The notes under the pieces are model-generated. The model was not told the DNA's origin and did no database searches. It saw only the letters and a program-made list of their open reading frames with translations. A DNA stretch of 64,000 nt from Rebecca billardiae RCC1528 (taxonomy: Eukaryota; Protista; Haptophyta): contig OZ251244.1 of the NCBI GenBank assembly GCA_965240325.2, positions 496,001 through 560,000 on the forward strand. The letters run 5' to 3'. The position numbers and the translations under genes are program-made. Numbering within the stretch: the first letter of the stretch is position 1; each line of letters starts with the position of its first letter. Below are positions 55,601 through 64,000 of the stretch, piece after piece.

Positions 55601-58600
55601 GTACACCGTGGCGCTCTCGCTGAACGGCGGCGTGCACCTCGTGCCGTACCTCTTCGACGCCGTCTCCTTCGAGCTGTACGACATCGCCGACGTGTCGGTC
55701 GCCAAGCTCGTGCCGCCCGGCGGCCCGGTGGCGGGCGGCACGCGCGTCACCGTGTTCGGCACGGGGTTCAAGGAGTACGGCGACGACGCGAGCGAGGCGA
55801 CCAAGCTGCTGTGCTGCGTGCTCGACCGCTCGGGCGCGTGCTTCGCCAAGGCGACGCTCCTCGCCGACGAGGCCGGGCTCAACCGCGCGCTGTGCACCGT
55901 GCCCGCGCTGGGCGTGGCGGGCAACCACACGCTCGACATCTCGCTCGCCGGCGGCAGCCTCGCATCCACCACCGATGCGGCCGTGCGCTTCGTCGTGTAC
56001 GACGAGCCGCGCGTGGACGAGATCGCGCCGGCGGAGGGCGACGCCGACGGCGGCACGCTCACGACGATCGTCGGGCAGGGCTTCGCCGCGCTCGCCGACG
56101 CGGACCTCGGGTACGGCGCGGACCCGGCGTCGTTCCTGCGCGTGCGGTACGGCCCGACGATCGCGGCCGCGCCGCTGTGGTTCAACGACACGCACGTCGT
56201 GCAGCGGTCGAGCTGGGGCGCGGAGGGGGCGGCGGCGGTGCGCGTGGCGCTGAACGGGCGGCAGTACGCGCCCGCCGCCGCGGCCGACGCCGCGACCTTC
56301 ACCTTCGTCGGCCTGCACCCGCCCGCGATCGTGGAGGCGCGCTTCAACGACGACGCGACCGCGCTGATCGTGCAGCTCGACGACCAGCCGACCGACCGCG
56401 GCGGCATGACGGGCTCGGGGCCGTGCTCGCAGGTGCTGGACAACGTGACGGTGGCGCGCATCCGCGGCGGCTTCGACGCCGAGCCCGCGTGCCACTGGTC
56501 CGACGACTCGACCATCGTCGCGCAGCTCAACTACCTGACCGAGCTCGCGCCGGGCGACAGCGTGGCTCTGCAGCGCGAGGCGATCAGGCCGCTGCTCTCG
56601 GCCGCGCCGTGCCCGACGCTCTGCGCGGACGACTCGGCGCTGATCGACGCGGACTTCCCGTGCGAGGCCTGCGTGCAGCCTACGGCGGCTTTCAACGGCC
56701 CCGCCTCCGTCTCCGACTGCCCGGGCGAGTCGATCACGCTCGACGCCTCCGGCTCGGACGGCGGCGGCATCAAGGCGCTCGCGTACCGCTGGGCGGTCGA
56801 CCCGAGCCGCTCAGACTTTGCCGACGAGCTCAACGCGATCCTCGCGTCCGAGGCGGGCGACTCGGTCACGCTGAGCGACCTGCCCGGCGCGGCGGGCTCG
56901 CAGTACGTCTTCCTGCTGCGCGTCGCCTCCTTCCTCGGCCTGCAGTCCGCGCTCGCCGAGTGGACCGTCACCAAGGTCTCGGGCGCCGCGCCCGCGCTCT
57001 CGATCGACGGGCCGTTCACGCAGCTCGTGCAGCCGGCCAACGAGCTGCTGCTGCAGGGGCGCGCGACGATCGCGGGGTGCTGGCCCGACGACGTGGACCC
57101 GACGGTGGCGTTCGCGTGGACGCACCTCGGCACGACCGACACGGCGAGCGGCGAGGCGCTCGCCCACGACCTCGGCCTGAGCGGGCTGGACAAGGTCGGG
57201 CTGATCGTGCCAGCGTTCAGCCTTACGCCCGGCCGCACGTACGCGCTGCGCCTCGACGCGACGATGGCGTCCGACACGTCGGTGGCGTCGAGCGCGGAGG
57301 TGCGGCTGCGGGTGATCCAGATGCCGCTCGCGCCGGTCATCTCCGGCGCCGACCGGCGCGTCTCCTCGCTCGCCGAGCTCGTCGTCGACGGCTCGGCGAG
57401 CTACGACCCGAACGCGCGCGCGGGCGTGGACGCGCTGCTCGCGTACGCGTGGGGCGGCACCAACCGCACCGGCGCGCCCGTCGACTTTGGCGGGCTCGGC
57501 GTGGGCACGGACGGGGCGGTGCTGCGCGTGCCGCCCGAGGCGCTGGAGCCGGGCAACTACACGCTCACGCTCACCCTCTCCAAGCCCAACATGACCGCGC
57601 AGTCCGCGTCGATCGGCGTGGAGGTGGTGTTCGAGCGCGTGCCGATCATCTCGTTTGCGCCGCTGACCGCGACCAAGTACAACGTCGAGTGGGACCTGCC
57701 GTCCGAGCGGTTCGCGCTGCAGGCGACGCTGGACGAGGGCTCGCGCGCGGACGTGGCGGCGGGGCGGCTCCGCCTCGCCTACGCCTGGCGCGCCTTCGTC
57801 GACACGCCCGCCGGCTACGTCGACGCCGGGCTCGAGCTGTCGAACGCGGAGCGCGTGACGACGACCGGCGCGGCGACACTCTCGCTCGCCTTCCGCTCGG
57901 GCACGCTGCAGCCGGGCGCGCTGTACAGCTTCGAGCTCACGGTGAGCGGCGGGGCGCGCGACGCGTTCGCCTCCGTCACGATCCGCATGAACCGGCCGCC
58001 GTACGGCGGCGGCTTCTTCGTCACGCCCAAGTCGGGCGGGCGCGCGGTGAACGACGACTTCACGCTGCACGCGACCGGCTGGACGGACGACCGAGAGGAC
58101 CTGCCGCTCTCGTACGGCTTCGAGTACCAGGAGGCGGGCACCGACGTGGTGGAGGTGCTGGAGGAGCTGGTCAAGGCGAGCACCCTGCGCGCCAAGCTGC
58201 CCGAGGGCACCCTCGCCGTCTCCGTCCGCGTCTTCGACGTGCACGGCGCGTCGACGCGCGCGAGCAGCAGCGTGGTGGTCGAGGCCGCGCAGCTTGACTG
58301 CGCGGCCGTGCAGGCCGAGCTGGACGCGGCGTACCGGGACTCGGTGTCGGGCAACGGCGGGCGCGCGCTGCGCTCGCAGTCGGCGCTCGCCAAGACGGGC
58401 GCGGCGGGCGACTGCCAGGCCGCCTCGCCGCGCCGCCGCCTGCAGCAGCAGCAGCCGTGGCGGCGGCGGCTGCAGGGCGTGGAGGACGGCGGCGCGCCGA
58501 ACGGCACCGCGGCCAACGGCACCAACGGCACCGCGCCCTTCGACTGCGCGGACGCGGAGGACGCGACGGAGGAGATGCTCTCGATCGTCGGCATCGTGGC

Positions 58601-61600
58601 GAACGCGACGGTGACCACCTCCACGCTGCGCCGCCAGCTCGCCGGCGTGCTCGCCGCCGTGCTCGGCGCGAACGCGTCGGCGCTCTCGGCGTGCGCGCAG
58701 CTCGCGGGCGTGGAGCTCGCGCTCGACGTGATCATCGAGACGACCGCCACCGGCGTCGACGCGTCGGCGGCGTCGTCGCTGTTCACGTCGATCGTGTCGG
58801 TGCTGCAGGGGAACACGACGGCGTTCGACAACGCCACGCTCGCCTCGCTCAACGCCGCGGCGACGCAGGCCGTCGCGACGATGGGCTCGTCCTTCCTCGC
58901 GTTCTCGGTCGCGGACGAGGCGAGCTCGGAGCTGAGCGCAGACAACCTCAACATGAGCGCCGCGCGCAAGTCGGGCTCGTCGGTGGCGAACGCGTCGATC
59001 GAGGGGCCGGGCGGCGCGGGCGGCGTGCTCGTGCCCTCCACCGTCTTCGACGGCCAGCTCGCCAACGAGACCGCCGCCGTCGACGTCGTGCAGTACCTCT
59101 TCTCGCGGAACACGCAGGGCGACCCGGCCGAGCAGGCGGGGCTGGGCGCGCTCACGACCGGCGTCTACTCGATCACGCTCGCCTCGTCGAGCAGCGGCGC
59201 CGAGCTGGCGATCGGCGACCTCGCCGAGCCGATCGTCGTGGCGATCCCGCTCACCAGGGAGGACGACCGCGTGTACGGGCCGGCGGGCGACTGCTCCGAG
59301 TTCGCCGCGTGCAACGGCCGCGGCGCGTGCGTGCGCGCGGACGGCGCGCCCGCGCACGGCGCCATCGGCACCGCCGCCGCCGCCAACGGCACCGCCGCCG
59401 CCGCCAACGGCACGGCCGCCGCCAACGGCACGGCCGCGGGCGGCGGCGCGGCGGCGTGCTTCTGCGACGCGCCGTGGTACGGGCCGAGCTGCCTGCTGCA
59501 GGCGGTGTGCCACTACTGGGACGTTGCCGACGAGCGCTGGTCCACCGACGGCTGCGCGACCGTGCCCGCGCCACCGGGCGGCGAGAACGGCACGCTCTAC
59601 TGCGCGTGCACGCACCTGACCGACTTTGGCGGCGTCAGCGTGCCCACCAGCCCGGAGGAGCTGCGGGAGGACGCGTCGGGGGTGACGTTCAACACGTTCG
59701 GCGCGGACGACGCCGCCGCCGTCTTCACCACGCCGCCCGACCAGCTGCTCGCGCAGAACCCGTCGATCTTCATCCTGATCGGCACGCTCAGCGGCGCGTG
59801 CCTGGCGGCCATTGCGCTCGGCTGCTGGAAGGACGGCCGCGACGACAGGCGCGCCGCGGCGAAGAAGGCGGCGGCGGAGGCGGCGAAGGCGAAGGCGGCG
59901 GACGAGCAGGCGCGCGCCGAGGCGCTCGCGCTCGCGCAGCTCTCGCGCGCCGACGCCGCCGCCGACGCGGTCGACGCGCGGCTTGAGGCGATGGACGCGG
60001 CGATGGTCGAGGCGCGGCGCAAGGCGGCGGCCGTGATGACAAGGCACGCGCGCGGCCGCACGGTGCGCAAGAAGACGGCGGCGGCGGCGGCGGCGACGGA
60101 CCCGGCGGAGCGCGCGCGGCTGCTCGAGGAGGTGCGCCGGGCCACCGCCGCCGCCCCAGCCGCCGCGCCCGCCGCCGAGCCCGCGGCGAGGAAGCAGCGG
60201 CGGCTGACGCGCGCGGTGCGCGCGCTGGTGGAGGCACTCGAGTCCGACCACACCGTCCTCGGCCTCTACTTCGGGCACGACCCGGAGATCAGGCGGCCGC
60301 AGCTGGTGATGATCCTGTTCACGCTGCTGATGCTCGAGGTGCTCGTCGAGTGCATCCTCTTCGCGCCCTCCTCCTCCTCCGCCGGCCCCGTCAACCTGAC
60401 CGTGATCGTGATCAACGCGCTCATCTGCGCGGGCGTCGCCGCGCCCGCCATCGTCCTCATGAAGGCGCTGTGGCACTGGGGCTACGAGAAGCCCGCGCCG
60501 ATCGTCGCAAGGCTGGCGAAGCTCGCGAACGTCGCGGCGCAGCCGAGCGTGCGCCAGCGCCGCCGGATGATGGTCGCCACCGCGCACGACTTTGAGGCGG
60601 TGCGACCGAGCGCGGCGGCGGGCGGCGGCGGCGGCGGCAGCTGGGGCGGCGGCAGCAGCGGCCGCGGCAGCGGCCGGGAGCGGCGGCGCGTGGCCGACGA
60701 CGGCGGCGGCGGCAGCGAGCGCGGTGCCGACGCCGGCGGCGGTGGCGATGGTGGCGATGGCGGCGCGCCGGCCGCCGCGAAGCCAGCCGGCAGCAGCAGC
60801 AGCAGCTTTGCGGCCAAGTGCCGCGCGAGCGCGCCCGCGCCCGCCGGCTGCGCCGCCGGCTGTGCCGCCTGCCCCGCCTCGCCCACGGGCCGGGGCGCGC
60901 GGCCGCCCAAGGCGTTCAAGCAGCGCTCCGCCGCCGACGCCGAGCCGGGCGCCGCGAGCGCGGAGGGCTCTGAGCGCGGCTCGGCGCGCGGCGGCTCGCC
61001 GCGGCCGCGCGGCTCGCCGCGCCTCAGCGGCGGCAGCGGGGTGGGCGGCAGCGGGATGGGCGAGGGCTCGCCTGTGCCCCGCGGGGGCGTGCGATACGCG
61101 CCCGCGCCCGGCGCGACGGCGGGCGGCGGCGCTGCCGAGGGCCCGGCCTCGCCGCCGCCCTCGCCGCCGCGCCCCGGCCGCCCGCCGGGCCGCCCGCTGC
61201 TGCGCCGCTCGCGCGCCGAGCGCAGCGCGGTGCACGCCGAGACAGCGGGCGCGGCCGCCGTGCGCTCTCCGCGCCGTGCGCCGCAGCCCGTGGCCGTACA
61301 CCCCGAGGCTGAGGAGGCGGAGGAGGCGGAGGAGGTGCGTGGGCGCTCCCAGCCGGCCGAGGGGCAGCATGCGGGAGCCGAAGGCGCGCACGCGCGCACG
61401 CCGGCCGACGGCGGCACCGCCCTCTCCAGCGGCATGCGCCGCGCGCACGCGGCCGCGCGGCTGAGGTGTGCGTTCAAAGACTCCGCCTCTGGCGCGCACT
61501 CGAGCTCGCGCGCAGCCGAGGGCGCGGCCGAGGGCGCGGAGGGCGTGAAGCGCCCTCGGCTGCACCGCGCCGCCGCCGCGCAGTGCGCCGAGCAGTGCGC

Positions 61601-62233
61601 CGCCGAGTGCGCGGCCTCGCCGCGCTCGTGGCCCGCCTCGCCCGGGGGGCCGAGCGCGCCGCACGGCGCGCCGAGCGACGCGGTGCGTCCGCGTCCGCCG
61701 CCGCCGCCGCCCGAGCGCGCGTCGACCGGCGAGGGCGGTCTGCCGCGGCCGGCCGGCGGCGGCGCCCACGCCGACTCGGCCGCGGCCGGCCGAGCCGCGC
61801 CCGAGCCGCGCGCCGTGCTCGTGCGCACGCCGAGCCGCGACCGGCCGCGGCAGCCCGCCCACGCCGACTCGGCCGCAGCTCGCCCAGCCGCGCCCGAGCC
61901 GCGCGCTGCGCTTGTGCGCACGCCGAGTCGCGACGTCTCGCGCCCGCTCCCGCGCACGGCGAGCTACGAGATCATGACGCGCAACGCGGGCTGCGCGGCC
62001 GCGCTCGCGTACGCCAACCCGCCGCCGCGTACGCTCCCGCCGCCGCCGCCCAGGCCGCCGCGCGTCGACTCGTCCGGCGGCGGCGCCGGCGGCGGCGCCG
62101 CCGTCACGCCCGCGCCGTCGGGCGCGCCGGCGTCCGCGGCCGCGGCCGCGGGCGCTGGCGCGGGCAGCTGTGCGCGCGTGCAGCCCACGCCCACGGTGGG
62201 CGCGAGTGCGGCCGCGAGCGTGGTGGCCGCCGT

Positions 62234-62266
<33 letters not shown>

Positions 62267-63347
62267 GCCCGCGCCGGACGACGACGCGGGCAGCGGCGGC
62301 GCGCGCGCGCGCGTGTCGCCGCCGTCCTCCCCTGAGCCCTCGCCAAAGCCCCCGGCCGCGCGCGCGCCCGGCCGCGCCGCGCGCGCCTCCCGCCCCTCGC
62401 TCCCCGAGTCGATGCTCTCCTCTGCGCGCCTCTCCGCGCGCGCGTCGGTGCACTCGACGCCCGAGTCGGTGCTCGACGAGCTGCCCGACGCGCAGCGGCA
62501 GCGCATCGCCTCGCTCGCCGACGCGGCGCAGATGCGCGCGGTGGTCGCGCGCGTGCGCGGCACGGGCGCTTACACGCTCTCCGCGCGCGAGCTCGAGGAG
62601 ATGTGGCGCGCGTTCAAGCGGTTCGACAAGGACGGGTCGGGCGAGCTGCAGGCGGCCGAGCTGCGCGCGCTGATGCGGAACCTGGGCATGCGGCTGAGCG
62701 CGCAGGAGGCGGAGCTGCTCGTGCGCCGCCTCGACACCGACCACACGGGCGCCATCGAGTTTGCAGAGCTGCTCGCGTGGTATTCGGACAACATGCACGT
62801 GCGTGGACGCACGCGCGGCTCGCGTGCTCGCGCGCCGCGGTGCGCGTGGCGTGGCGGGCGCGCGAGATCGCGAGCGCGACCCGCGCTCACGCCGTGCGCC
62901 GCTGCCCCGCCCCCGCCGCTGCGCGCCCCCTTCCCGCGCGTGCAGACGTACGAGCAGGCGGAGGCGGAGCGGCGCAAGAAGCGCTCGAGGCTGCGCGTGC
63001 TCTGGGAGGACAAGATGAAGCTGCCGCGCACCGCCAAGATCGTCATCGCGTGGGCCACGTGCTGGTGCCTGTACATCGGCGCCGCGTACCTCTCGGTCGT
63101 GTTTGCCGTGATGTTTGGCGAGCACGTCTTCTCGGCGCTGCTGCAGGCGTGGGGCCTGGCGCTCACGCAGACGTTCGTGGTGGACGAGCCGTTCATCATC
63201 TGGCTCTACCTGCTCATCCCGACGATCCTCGACGCGCTCACGTCCAACGACCTCGCCGCCGAGCTGCTCGCCAACTTCATCGCCTCGGGGCTGGGGCAGG
63301 CGCTGGCCGGCTGCTTCAACGTCGTCAAGGCCATTGGCGGCGGCTGA
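42312..63347 (+). CDS. Giant polycystin-1-like (REJ/GPS) membrane protein, ~6,900 aa, with probable in-frame introns at 48374-48481 and 62799-62945
   Basis: Signal peptide; Cys domain; ~1,780-aa SPPPP tract; plant-type LRRs (NSLxGxIPTExG); second Pro tract; 17 ~97-aa repeats; IPT/TIG (VEVSLNGQ, GGTRVTVFGTGF); PKD/REJ (LDASGS, VDGSASYDP, NRPPYGG, GWTD..DLPLSY.F); EGF; GPS (CHYWD....WSTDGC...CACTHLTDF); 5 TM segments; two EF-hands (DKDGSGELQAAE, DTDHTGAIEFAE). Confidence 0.88.
42627..47960 (+). repeat. Coding extensin/pherophorin-like (SPPP/SPPPP)n array, ~5.3 kb
   Basis: CCG-rich 12-15-bp units in higher-order blocks (VPPPP, SKPPLP, PPMPP, FPPP variants). A second array lies at ~49273-49760. 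Confidence 0.95.
51147..53426 (+). repeat. Internal 1,440-bp-period duplication (51147-51986 vs 52587-53426, near-identical)
   Basis: Lines offset by 1,440 bp match over ~840 bp with only a few substitutions. Confidence 0.92.
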
Positions 63348-63524
63348 GCTGGCAGCTAGGTAGTCGTGCCGGGCCGTGCCGGCGCCGGCGCGCCCTCGAA
63401 CTAACGTCAAAATAACCCCATTACATAAATATATATATATATATATGACCGCGTTCCGCGGTCTTTTTCCGTAGAACGAACGTAGTTCGGGGCCCGCGGT
63501 GCACCCTCCGTCGGCTGCGCTGTC

Positions 63525-64000
63525 TCAGTCTGACATGTGCCTAACAGTTCGCCTGAGCTGCCACCGCCAACTCAGTCACTGCCGCCCACCGGGCCGGCGG
63601 GCCGAGGACTGTCGCCGCGGGCCGCCGCGGGGACTAGCGGCCGGCGCGCGCGCGCAGGCAGGGCGAGAGGCGCTGGCGCGGCGCGAGCCGGCGCGTGCGC
63701 GCGAGCGGGCGCACCTGCTTGAGGTACTCGCCCTGCGCCATGCGCTCGACGACGGGCCGCTGGTCGCTCGTGCCGGCAGAGCGAGAGCGCGCGCCACTGC
63801 TGGCCCCGGCCTGCCGGCTGCGCAGCCTCGCACCGAGACCGACCGAGCGGAGCTCGGGGCGGTGGAACGAGGCGAGCGGCGCGTCGCGCCTGCCGCCGCG
63901 CGTGCGCGCCTGCTCCACCACGCCGCCGTGCTCGCCCGCCGCCTCCTCCGCCGCGTCGGCCTCGAAGACGGCGGCTGCCAGCGGCAGGCTGAGCCGCGCG
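63525..64000 (-). CDS. 3' end of an unidentified gene entering from the right edge (exon >64000-63715; possible last exon 63557-63525)
   Basis: Open frame ...PVVERMAQGEYLKQ is followed by a typical CAG|GTGCGC donor; candidate acceptor gives LRRTVRHMSD*. Confidence 0.35.

Noticed and set aside
51183-63410. Large overlapping ORFs of 800-2,200 aa on other frames
   Set aside because: Shadow ORFs of high-GC coding DNA with no recognisable motifs.
1-64000. tRNA, rRNA or snRNA genes
   Set aside because: None recognised by eye; a tRNAscan-SE/Infernal run would be needed to exclude them.

Overview
Very GC-rich eukaryotic genomic DNA with spliceosomal introns. The (GC)n-rich introns, GC-AG donors, CCCTAA-like intronic repeats and gene content suggest a haptophyte, possibly Pavlovophyceae (inference, not verified). 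Left arm (1-10.6 kb): partial NELF-A-like gene, a C2H2 zinc-finger gene built from exon+intron tandem duplications, an EAF (ELL-associated factor) gene, and a ProXp-ala/YbaK-fused prolyl-tRNA synthetase. Middle (11.4-28.9 kb): an intronless, transposon-rich island with GT31, a single-domain Fluc/CrcB, an EGF-GT47 exostosin, two near-identical sulfotransferase-like paralogues and an EsV-1-7 repeat gene. It also holds four non-autonomous DNA elements: a hAT-type MITE with a perfect 8-bp TSD; a 2.5-kb foldback/MULE-like element with ~350-bp TIRs made of palindromic modules and a 9-bp TSD; an older hAT-like element; and a ~900-bp long-TIR element inserted in codon 5 of the EsV-1-7 gene. Right arm: exportin-5, RCC2, a CBM20-TPS-TPP gene with degenerate catalytic motifs, and a ~6,900-aa polycystin-1-like receptor (extensin-like stalk, LRR, 17 unrecognised ~97-aa repeats, IPT, REJ, GPS, 5 TM, EF-hands). 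All exon models and domain calls were made by eye.
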